Shown here piece after piece: positions 20,361-28,447 of a stretch of DNA of 64,000 nt. The translations under genes and the position numbers were made by a program. The stretch is from Actinomycetota bacterium (GTDB lineage Bacteria > Actinomycetota > Actinomycetes > Mycobacteriales > SCTD01): NCBI GenBank assembly GCA_033851845.1, contig JAWWOH010000036.1:3945-67944 (forward strand), read 5' to 3'. Under the pieces are notes generated by a model. The model was not told the DNA's origin and searched no databases. It saw only the letters and a list, made by a program, of their open reading frames with translations. The number at the start of each line of letters is the position of its first letter. Position 1 is the first letter of the stretch.

Positions 20361-21091
20361 GACTCGGGCGGCCGGCGGGCGAGCAGCCGCACCCCGACGA
20401 TGACCCCGGCCATGAGCAGGACGGTCACCCCGAGTACGCCGTACAGCGCCCCGTGCCCGCTCGACGCCGGCTTGCTACCGGTGGCCGTACCGAGCTGCGC
20501 CAGCACGTACTCCCCGGCACCAGGTGCGGTCCCGTTGAAGATGTCCCGCCCGACCCGTCGGGTCTTCAGCTCCCGCCACTTCTGCGTGGGGCCGGACCGG
20601 TACTCGAACACGGGCTCGGGTGGCCCCGCCGACGTCGACCGCATCGTGATCGCCGGTGGCTGGGCGGCGGGCGAGATGGTCACGGGCCCGGCCGTGCTGG
20701 TCAGCGAGAGCTCGTACACGTTCGACAGGAGCGGGCCGGGCAGGGGCGGCTGCGGAGCCACCGGGCGGACGGCGAGCGTGACCGGCGCCGTCCCAGGTGC
20801 GAGGAAGGCGTGCGGCGGCGCGAAGACGGACGCCTGCGGGCCGGCTTCCCGGGTGTTCACGATCAGCCCGCCGGTGTTGGACCCGTTGGCGACCTTCAGC
20901 TCGACCTGGGCGCTCGTTGCCGCCGGACCGCTCCCCCGCTCGGGCACGAACCGATACGGCTCGTCCGGAAACCCGATGCCGTCGTACAGCGGGACCGGCG
21001 CGACACCGGTCAGCCAGACGAGTCCGAGAGCGGCGGCCAGCATCGACCACCGAGCGGCGGCGCGGCGATGCGTCGAGGGTGGCACGGTCAA
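20357..21091 (-). CDS. Exported protein with C-terminal TM anchor, function unknown
   Basis: N-terminal signal, PLYDGIGFPDEPYRFV motif, C-terminal hydrophobic helix + RR; 4-nt overlap with the CPBP gene. Confidence 0.75.
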   Translation of the reverse strand: MTVPPSTHRRAAARWSMLAAALGLVWLTGVAPVPLYDGIGFPDEPYRFVPERGSGPAATSAQVELKVANGSNTGGLIVNTREAGPQASVFAPPHAFLAPGTAPVTLAVRPVAPQPPLPGPLLSNVYELSLTSTAGPVTISPAAQPPAITMRSTSAGPPEPVFEYRSGPTQKWRELKTRRVGRDIFNGTAPGAGEYVLAQLGTATGSKPASSGHGALYGVLGVTVLLMAGVIVGVRLLARRPPES

Positions 21092-21134
21092 CAGTCTGCT
21101 GCCAGTGGGCGCGACCGGTCACCGCCGGGCGTCC

Positions 21135-21332
21135 TCAGGCCCGCCGCAGCCTCTCGAGGATCGCCTGCGCCGCCGTCAGCTCGGCCCGCGCGCGCTCAGC
21201 GCGCTCGCTCGCGCTGCGGGCACCAGCCGCCGCCATGTCGTCGGCCAGGCCGGCGAGCAGCGCATCGGCCGCGCGAAGGTGCCGGCCGAGCTCCTCGAGC
21301 CCGTCGTAGGGCGGTTCGCGATGCGCGCCCAC
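21135..21332 (-). CDS. Small helical hypothetical protein (~65 aa)
   Basis: GC-rich codons fill the gap; GTG at 21332 lies 6 nt after GACGAT (alternative start 21395). Confidence 0.45.
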   Translation of the reverse strand: MGAHREPPYDGLEELGRHLRAADALLAGLADDMAAAGARSASERAERARAELTAAQAILERLRRA

Positions 21333-21438
21333 CCCTGGATCGTCCGACCGCACGCCTCGCACGTCACTGGTTCTTCCGGGCTCGCCCCTGACCACAGCAG
21401 TCGTAGGACCACCCCGGCCATCGCACTAGGGTCGGCGG

Positions 21439-22491
21439 ATGACCACGACGGGCACCGGGGCCGACCCCGAGGTGGTCGGCCCGTACCTCGCGAAGGTCCT
21501 CGACGACGAGGCGTGGCGGACCCCCACGGTGACGCTGATCGCGGGGGGCAAGTCCAACCTCACCTACCGCGTCTCCTCGTCGGCGGGCGAGGTCATCCTG
21601 CGTCGGCCGCCGCTCGGCCACGTGCTCCCCACAGCCCACGACATGAAGCGCGAATACACCGCGATGGCCGCGCTCGAGCAGACCGACGTACCCGTCCCAA
21701 AGATGCTCCACCTCTGCACCGACCCGGAGCTGCTCGGGCAGCCGTTCTACGTGATGGAGGCCGTCAACGGCTACGTCTGCCGCGACAGCTTTCCGCCGGG
21801 GTACGCCGATCTGCCGGAACAGCGGCGCGCCATCGGCGAGGGGCTGATCCGCGTGCTCGGTGACCTGCACAACGTCGAGCCCGCGGCGGTCGGGCTGGGT
21901 GAGTTCGGCCGGCCGAACGGCTACTTGGCTCGTCAGGTCTCGCGATGGACCAAGCAGTGGGAGGCAACCCGCCTCGAGGGCATGGAGTCTGTCGATCGGC
22001 TCGCCGCCGACCTCGCCGCCACCGTGCCGACGAGCCAGCGCGCGACCATCGTGCACGGCGACTACCGCCTCGACAACACGATGCTCGACCCGACGACCCC
22101 GGGGGGCATCGCCGCCGTACTCGACTGGGAGATGTGCACCCTCGGCGACCCGCTCGCCGACCTCGGCATCCTGCTCGTCTACTGGCAGCAGGCCGACGAC
22201 GTCAGCGAGCGAGACCTCGGCTTCGTCGTGCAGGCAGCGACGGTGCTCGAGGGCTTCCCGACCCGCACCGAAGTCGCTGCCCTGTACGCCCAGCGCAGCG
22301 GTCTCGACCTCACGGAGCTGCCGTGGTACGTCGCGTTCGCGTTCTGGAAGCTCGCCGTCGTCTGCGCCGGCATCGTCGCGCGGGTCCGCTTCGGCGCGAT
22401 GGTCGGCGAGGGCTTCGACGGCATCGAGGAGCGCATCCCTCCGTTGATCGAGCTCGGCCGGGTGACGCTCGACGAGCGCCGGCTGCGCTGA
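21439..22491 (+). CDS. Phosphotransferase (APH/ACAD10-11-like) family protein
   Basis: GGKSNLTY, LRRPPLGHVLPTAHDMKRE, VHGDYRLDN, VLDWEM, GDPLADLG. Confidence 0.92.
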   Translation: MTTTGTGADPEVVGPYLAKVLDDEAWRTPTVTLIAGGKSNLTYRVSSSAGEVILRRPPLGHVLPTAHDMKREYTAMAALEQTDVPVPKMLHLCTDPELLGQPFYVMEAVNGYVCRDSFPPGYADLPEQRRAIGEGLIRVLGDLHNVEPAAVGLGEFGRPNGYLARQVSRWTKQWEATRLEGMESVDRLAADLAATVPTSQRATIVHGDYRLDNTMLDPTTPGGIAAVLDWEMCTLGDPLADLGILLVYWQQADDVSERDLGFVVQAATVLEGFPTRTEVAALYAQRSGLDLTELPWYVAFAFWKLAVVCAGIVARVRFGAMVGEGFDGIEERIPPLIELGRVTLDERRLR

Positions 22492-22761
22492 ATGCCCTCG
22501 CTGGCCGCGGGCGTCTACCGGCACTACAAGGCCGAGCGCTTCTACCTGGTCCTCGGTCTCGGGCACGACGCGAACGACGACGACCGCACCGTCGTCATCT
22601 ACGTCCCGCTCTACGTCTCCGATGCCGAGCCGGGACCGCGGCTCGCGGTGCGCACGTACGAGGACTTCGTCGCGTGGGTCGACCCGGTCTCGCGGCAGAC
22701 GGTGCCGGCGGGAACCCCTGACGCCGTACGTCGTTTCACCTACGTACCCGACGCGAGCTGA
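22492..22761 (+). CDS. DUF1653-like small protein
   Basis: GVYRHYK...YLVLG...VIYVPLY...VR..EDF...RF pattern. Confidence 0.75.
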   Translation: MPSLAAGVYRHYKAERFYLVLGLGHDANDDDRTVVIYVPLYVSDAEPGPRLAVRTYEDFVAWVDPVSRQTVPAGTPDAVRRFTYVPDAS

Positions 22762-22770
22762 GGACTGCCG

Positions 22771-23205
22771 ATGAGCGACTGGGATCCCAACAGCTTTCGC
22801 GCGCTGGGGTTCTTCCCTGCCGACCACGCCGCGGCCGAGTCCGGCAAGGTCTACGCGAGCGGCGCCTATTGGGGCACGCTGCACTTCCCGGCGTTCCCGG
22901 CAGTGCTCCCGTCGATGGCGCTGGTCGCCGTCGTGCAGCAGCCGTTCTCGGCCGCTCACGCCGACCACGAGTTCGCGATCGGGCTCGAGGACGCGGACGG
23001 CAAGCCCCAGAGCCTCGACGTCCGTGGATCGTTCCGCGCCGCACCGGGCCTGCAGAGCAGGTACGGCGAGCCGAACGTCATCCCGATCACCGTGCCCATC
23101 CACGGACTGCCGTTCGAGGCGGCGGGCGACTTCGCGTTCGTCCTGCGCGTCGACGGCACCGAGCTGGCCAGGTATCCGATCCGGGTGGTCCAGAGCACCG
23201 CCTGA
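22771..23205 (+). CDS. Hypothetical protein (DUF6941-like)
   Basis: ADHAAAESGKVY; beta-rich C-terminus FEAAGDFAFVLRVDG; GAGG RBS. Confidence 0.7.
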   Translation: MSDWDPNSFRALGFFPADHAAAESGKVYASGAYWGTLHFPAFPAVLPSMALVAVVQQPFSAAHADHEFAIGLEDADGKPQSLDVRGSFRAAPGLQSRYGEPNVIPITVPIHGLPFEAAGDFAFVLRVDGTELARYPIRVVQSTA

Positions 23206-23230
23206 CGGCGCGACCGGGCAGGATGAGCCG

Positions 23231-24289
23231 GTGCGCCTGCCCGTGATGCCTCCCGTCCAACCCATGCTCGCCAAGTCCGTGCCCGACGTTCCGGACGGCC
23301 CGGGATTCCTGTACGAGCCGAAGTGGGACGGCTTCCGCTGCATCGTCTTCCGCGACGGCGACGAGGTCGAGCTCGGCAGCCGCAACGAGAAGCCGTTGAC
23401 GCGCTACTTCCCAGAGGTCGTCGAGGCGGTGAAGGCGCAGCTGCCCGAGCGTTGCGTCGTCGACGGCGAGATCGTCATCGCGGCCGGGAAAGGCCTCGAC
23501 TTCGAGGCGCTGCTGCAGCGCATCCACCCGGCGGTTTCGCGGGTGAAGATGCTGGCTGAGACGACTCCGGCATCCTTCGTCGCGTTCGACCTGCTCGCGC
23601 TGGGCGACGAGTCGCTGCTGGACCAACCGCAGTCGGTACGCCGCGCGCGTCTCGAGAAGGCGCTCGCGAAGTCGGGTCCGCCCATTCACCTCACCCCTGT
23701 GACGGACGACGTTGCCCTCGCGCGCGAGTGGTTCACGATGTTCGAGGGCGCCGGTCTCGACGGTGTCGTCGCCAAGCCGGTCGACATCCCCTACTCCCCC
23801 GACAAGCGCGTGATGCTCAAGATCAAGCACGCGCGGACTGCCGACTGCGTCGTCGGCGGCTACCGCTTGCACAAGAGCGGACCGGTCGTCGGCTCCCTCG
23901 TCCTCGGCTTGTACGACGACGACGAGCACCTGCAGCACGTCGGGGTGGCGGCGTCGTTCCCGATGAAGCGTCGCGCGCAGCTCATCGACGAGCTCGCGCC
24001 GTACCTGCTGACTGACGGCGCGGATCACCCGTGGCTCGGCGAGCTCATGTCCGAGCGTGCACCAACGTCGTCGGCCGGCTCGCGCTGGAACCAGGGCAAG
24101 GACATGAGCTTCGTCCCGCTCCGGCCCGAGCTGGTCGTCGAGGTGGCCTACGACCACATGGAGGGCGCCCGGTTCCGCCACACCGCTCAGCTCCGCCACT
24201 TCCGGCCCGACCGCGATCCCCGCTCGTGCACGTACGCCCAGCTCGAGCGCCCCGTCCGCTTCGACCTCGGCTCCGTCCTCGGCGCCTGA
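23231..24289 (+). CDS. ligC: ATP-dependent DNA ligase LigC
   Basis: LPVMPPVQPMLAK, EPKWDGFR, VDGEIV, FVAFDLL, LDGVVAK, KIKHARTADCVV, LRPELVVEV; GTG start at 23231. Confidence 0.93.
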   Translation: MRLPVMPPVQPMLAKSVPDVPDGPGFLYEPKWDGFRCIVFRDGDEVELGSRNEKPLTRYFPEVVEAVKAQLPERCVVDGEIVIAAGKGLDFEALLQRIHPAVSRVKMLAETTPASFVAFDLLALGDESLLDQPQSVRRARLEKALAKSGPPIHLTPVTDDVALAREWFTMFEGAGLDGVVAKPVDIPYSPDKRVMLKIKHARTADCVVGGYRLHKSGPVVGSLVLGLYDDDEHLQHVGVAASFPMKRRAQLIDELAPYLLTDGADHPWLGELMSERAPTSSAGSRWNQGKDMSFVPLRPELVVEVAYDHMEGARFRHTAQLRHFRPDRDPRSCTYAQLERPVRFDLGSVLGA

Positions 24290-24360
24290 CCCTCGCAGGA
24301 GCTCGCGCTGACACGCCGAACGTCCTGAACGCGGCCGGCCATGCCCCGGCCCCGGGGACG

Positions 24361-25827
24361 TCATGCGACGCCGATTTGGGGTATCCAGCCGTCGGGTCCG
24401 AGCAGTCGTCCGTCGCGGAGCCCGATGGTGTGGGCGCCTTCGTGCAGGTGGTGGTGGTCGCCTTGGCAGAACAGGACGGTGTCGTAGAAGCTCGTTGTTC
24501 GGGATCGGGCGTAGGGGTCGGGGTGGTGTGGGATCAGCGGGGTTCCGGGTGGGGAGGTGCAGGCGGCGGCCTGACATCGGCCGCCGGTTTCCATCAGTTT
24601 GGCTTTTCGTTCGTGGGCTTTGAGGGTCCGGGCGGTGTGGCTCATTTCGATGACCTTGTTACCGAGTCCCATCACGAACCGGGTGACGGCGCTGTCGCAC
24701 CACAGCCGCCGTACCGTCGAGGCCGGTAGCCGCTGTCCGGTCCCGCCGGTCGCGGGTAGCGCCCCCGGTGCGCGGTGCAGGGTGTCCAGCCCGACCCGGA
24801 TGGAGATCTGCGGCAGTGCCTTGCCGCGCTGGCCGGCGATGCCGCTGCCGAGCCAGTCCTTGATCAGCGCGACCAGCGCGTCGTGGCGCCGCTTGAGCAT
24901 CGTGCGCGGTCGAGGCCGCCCGGACACGGCCTGGTCGTAGGGGTCGAGTCCGTCGGTGCGCAGCTGCGCCGCGACCGCGGTGTCGGTGACGTTCTCAGGG
25001 TCGCCGGCCATCGTCGCGGCCAGCGCGGCATCGATGACCTCGAAGCCCTCGGCGTCGAGCTCGACCTCGAGCCGACCCCCGACCCCGTCCAGGTTGCGGA
25101 TGAGCACCGCGCCGCGCTCCTCATGCACCTGCTCGGCGCGGTCCTCGAGCTGCTGGGGCAGCAACGCGTCGACGAGCTCACCGAGGGCCTGCTTGAGCGC
25201 GGCCCGATCGACCCGGGTCGCGAGCGCCACGAACGCCGCCTCGACCCGGTCGACCTGCCCGCCGCCGCCGGTCTGGATCGCGACCAGCTCGGTCAGCAGC
25301 CGCCGCAGCCGCGGGTCGCCTTCGTCGATGCCGCCCAGTGCCTGTCCGTAGAGCTGCGGCACCCCGCGCAGGATCACCCCGTCCAGGACGTCCTCGCCGG
25401 GGAGCCCGTCGATCAGGCCGTCACGCGCGTCGAGGAAGCCGCGCGCCTTGTCCACCGCGACCGCGACCTGCCGGGCGGCGGCCATCGACAACCGGCCCGC
25501 GTCCAGCTCACGCGCCAGCACCGGCAGCCGGCCGATCCGGCGGGACAGCTTCACCACCCCGCGGTCGACCCCGCTGCCCTGCTGCTCGAGCCAGGACGCC
25601 GCGGTCGGCATCGCGTCCAGGGCGTGCAGCTGACGGGTGTCGACGTCGCCCACCCGGTGCAGCAGCGTCACGTCCAGGCGGTCCCGGATCGCCACCAGCG
25701 CCCGCGCGTCCTCCAACGCCAAAGCGCCCGGCAGGTCGGCCGGCGCCACCGCCGCGACCCGCTCCAGGGCCTGCGCGAGGGCCGCCACCTCCGGGGAGAG
25801 CACCGCCAGATCCGCCACCACCGCCAT
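24361..25827 (-). CDS. DUF222/13E12-repeat family protein with C-terminal HNH-like domain
   Basis: RT..KRRHDAL, VRRLWCDS, GGRCQAAAC, HH..Y...T...FCQGDHHHLH; ATG at 25827 after GGAGG. Confidence 0.85.
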   Translation of the reverse strand: MAVVADLAVLSPEVAALAQALERVAAVAPADLPGALALEDARALVAIRDRLDVTLLHRVGDVDTRQLHALDAMPTAASWLEQQGSGVDRGVVKLSRRIGRLPVLARELDAGRLSMAAARQVAVAVDKARGFLDARDGLIDGLPGEDVLDGVILRGVPQLYGQALGGIDEGDPRLRRLLTELVAIQTGGGGQVDRVEAAFVALATRVDRAALKQALGELVDALLPQQLEDRAEQVHEERGAVLIRNLDGVGGRLEVELDAEGFEVIDAALAATMAGDPENVTDTAVAAQLRTDGLDPYDQAVSGRPRPRTMLKRRHDALVALIKDWLGSGIAGQRGKALPQISIRVGLDTLHRAPGALPATGGTGQRLPASTVRRLWCDSAVTRFVMGLGNKVIEMSHTARTLKAHERKAKLMETGGRCQAAACTSPPGTPLIPHHPDPYARSRTTSFYDTVLFCQGDHHHLHEGAHTIGLRDGRLLGPDGWIPQIGVA

Positions 25828-25845
25828 GCCCTCACCTCCCGCTGC

Positions 25846-25861
25846 TCGAACGCCTGTTCGA
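25846..25861. promoter_or_regulatory. Actinobacterial LexA (SOS) box TCGAAC-GCCT-GTTCGA
   Basis: Perfect match to TCGAAC-N4-GTTCGA between the promoter and the RBS of the HNH gene. Confidence 0.88.
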
Positions 25862-25864
25862 ATC

Positions 25865-25893
25865 AAGTTATGCCCGAGGCGAGGAGCCGTCAA
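25865..25893 (-). promoter_or_regulatory. Housekeeping-sigma promoter TTGACG-N17-TAACTT for the HNH gene
   Basis: Minus-strand -35 at 25888-25893 and -10 at 25865-25870 with a 17-nt spacer. Confidence 0.75.
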
Positions 25894-26004
25894 CCCCAAA
25901 TCCCTTAATCCACAGGCACTTTCACGTCATCCACAGACTCCACCAAGGCCTTGACCTCGGGTCGACCGGATGGTTCGCCCAGCACTCGCCGTACCGTCCC
26001 GGCC

Positions 26005-26718
26005 ATGACGAGCGACTGGCGGTTCGACGGACTCAAGGCGATGTTCATCAACTGCACGCTGAAGCCGTCCCCCGAGACCAGCAACACCCAGGGTCTGGTC
26101 GACGCGAGCGCGGACGTGATGCGCAAGCACGGCGTCGACGTCGACGTCCTCCGTGCGGTCGACCACGACATCGCGACCGGCGTCTACCCCGACATGCGCG
26201 AGCAGGGTGCGAAGACCGACGCCTGGCCGGAGCTGTTCCCGAAGATCCTGGCCGCCGACATCCTCGTGCTCGCGGGTCCGATCTGGCTCGGCGACAACAG
26301 CTCGGTGACCAAGCGCGTCATCGAACGCCTGTACGCCTGCTCCAGCCTTCTCAACGATCGGGGCCAGTACGCCTTCTACGGCCGGGTCGGCGGCTGCCTC
26401 ATCACCGGCAACGAGGACGGCATCAAGCACTGCGCGATGAACATCCTGTACAGCCTGCAGCACCTCGGCTACGTCATCCCGCCACAAGCCGACGCCGGCT
26501 GGATCGGGGAGGCCGGCCCCGGTCCGAGCTATCTGGAACCCGGCTCGGGCGGCCCCGAGAACGACTTCACCAACCGCAACACCGCCTTCATGACCTGGAA
26601 CCTCATGCACCTGGCGAAGCTGCTCAAGAGCAACGACGGCATCCCCGCCTACGGCAACCAGCGGTCGGCCTGGGACGCCGGTGCCCGTTTCGACTACGAG
26701 AACCCGGAGTACCGGTAA
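26005..26718 (+). CDS. Flavodoxin-like NAD(P)H-dependent FMN reductase family protein
   Basis: NCTLKPSP, ADILVLAGPIWLG, ITGNEDG, WIGEAGPGPSY. Confidence 0.9.
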   Translation: MTSDWRFDGLKAMFINCTLKPSPETSNTQGLVDASADVMRKHGVDVDVLRAVDHDIATGVYPDMREQGAKTDAWPELFPKILAADILVLAGPIWLGDNSSVTKRVIERLYACSSLLNDRGQYAFYGRVGGCLITGNEDGIKHCAMNILYSLQHLGYVIPPQADAGWIGEAGPGPSYLEPGSGGPENDFTNRNTAFMTWNLMHLAKLLKSNDGIPAYGNQRSAWDAGARFDYENPEYR

Positions 26719-26759
26719 GCGTTCGACAGACGACGCGGCGTCCGGTGAAGTAGCACCTC

Positions 26760-28361
26760 GTGTCAGCCACCGTCGTCGCCAGCGGCGTCACCGTCGTACG
26801 CGGTCCGTCTCTCGTCCTCAGCGACGTCAGCCTCACGGTCGCCCCCGGTGATCGCATCGGGGTCGTCGGTCCCAACGGCGTCGGCAAGTCGACGCTGCTC
26901 GCGACCCTCGCCGGTGACCTCACACCCGACACGGGCACCGTGACCAGAGCACCGCGCAACGCCACCGTCGGGCTCCTTCCGCAGGAGCCGGACAGAAGAA
27001 CCGGCGAGACGCTGATGCAGTTCCTCGCGCGGCGGACCGGCATCGCCGATGCGCAGCACCGGCTGGACGCCGCCACGAACGCGCTCACTGCCGGGGATGA
27101 CAGCGACTACAGCGACGCGCTCGAGCACTGGCTCGCCCTCGGCGGCGCAGACCTGGAGGAAAGGGCCGCGCAGGTCACCCGAGAGCTCGGACTCAGCGTC
27201 GGCCTGCGTGCCGAGACGACCCAGCTCTCGGGTGGCGAAGCGGCACGGGCGTCGCTGGCGAGCATCCTGCTCAGTCGCTTTGACGTGTTCCTGCTCGACG
27301 AGCCGACGAACGACCTCGACTTCGCCGGCCTCGAGCAGCTCGAGCGCTTCGTCAACCACCTTCCGGTCGCCGTCGTCGTCGTCAGTCACGACCGCGAGTT
27401 CCTGGCCCGCACGATCACCTCGGTTGTCGACATCGACGGACCGCTGCGGACGGCAACGATCTACAACGGCGGGTACGACGCCTACCTGCACGAGCGACAG
27501 CTCCGCAAGGAGCAACAGCGCAACGCGTACGACGACTTCGAGGACAAGCGCAGCGCGCTCGTGCAGCAGGCCCAGCGCCAGCGCGAGCAGTCGGTGCGCG
27601 GTGCGCTCCGAGCGAAGCGCAAGCAGCCGGACAACGACCGTGCCGCGAAAGGCGCTCGCATCGAGGCGGCGACCCATGCGGCATCGCGGGTCAAGACGAT
27701 CGAGTCGCAGATCAACCGGCTCGACCAGGTCGACGAGCCGCGCAAGGAGTGGCAGCTGCAGATGTCCATCGCGACGGCCCCACGGTCCGGCGACGTCGTA
27801 GCGGTGCTCCACCAAGCCGTCGTACGACGGGGCGAGTTCGCGCTCGGACCGATAGACCTGCAAGTCGCGTACGGCGACCGGCTCGCGATCGTGGGCGCCA
27901 ACGGGTCGGGCAAGACCACGCTGCTGCAGGCGCTGCTGGGCCGCATCCCGCTGGAGTCTGGACGACAGTCGCTGGGCAGCGGCCTGCGGCTCGGCGAGGT
28001 GGACCAGGCCCGCTCCCGCTTCCGAGGCGACCAGAGCGTCGTCGAGGTCATCGAGAAGATCACCCAGTGGCCGGCCGCCGACGTACGGACCCTGCTCGCG
28101 AAGTACGGCTTGAAAGCGGATCACACGGCACGACCCGCCGGGTCGCTGTCACCCGGTGAGCGGACCCGATCGTCGCTCGCGCTGCTGCAGGCCGTCGGAG
28201 TGAACTGCCTGGTCCTCGACGAGCCGACGAACCACCTGGATCTGCCCGCCATCGAGCAGCTCGAAGCCGCACTCGACGACTACACCGGGACCTTGTTGCT
28301 GGTCACTCATGATCGTCGTCTGCTCGACGCCGTGCACATCACCTCGACCGTGCAGCTCTGA
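26760..28361 (+). CDS. ABC-F family ATPase
   Basis: Two ABC cassettes (GPNGVGKS, LSGGE, LDEPTN; GANGSGKT, LSPGE, LDEPTNHLD) and no TM domain. Confidence 0.93.
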   Translation: MSATVVASGVTVVRGPSLVLSDVSLTVAPGDRIGVVGPNGVGKSTLLATLAGDLTPDTGTVTRAPRNATVGLLPQEPDRRTGETLMQFLARRTGIADAQHRLDAATNALTAGDDSDYSDALEHWLALGGADLEERAAQVTRELGLSVGLRAETTQLSGGEAARASLASILLSRFDVFLLDEPTNDLDFAGLEQLERFVNHLPVAVVVVSHDREFLARTITSVVDIDGPLRTATIYNGGYDAYLHERQLRKEQQRNAYDDFEDKRSALVQQAQRQREQSVRGALRAKRKQPDNDRAAKGARIEAATHAASRVKTIESQINRLDQVDEPRKEWQLQMSIATAPRSGDVVAVLHQAVVRRGEFALGPIDLQVAYGDRLAIVGANGSGKTTLLQALLGRIPLESGRQSLGSGLRLGEVDQARSRFRGDQSVVEVIEKITQWPAADVRTLLAKYGLKADHTARPAGSLSPGERTRSSLALLQAVGVNCLVLDEPTNHLDLPAIEQLEAALDDYTGTLLLVTHDRRLLDAVHITSTVQL

Positions 28362-28447
28362 CGGTCGCCCGGATTGCGCCTATTGCCCCGGAGCCCTTCC
28401 AGGCGGGTGCTTGCTGCGGTAGAACACTCCGAACCGCATGCCGCGAC

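Noticed and set aside
24290-25940. HNH gene as a bona fide insertion sequence
   Set aside because: No terminal inverted repeats, target-site duplication or transposase motifs could be identified
26760-28361. ABC-F as an antibiotic-resistance determinant
   Set aside because: The subfamily cannot be assigned by eye and no leader-peptide attenuator was evident
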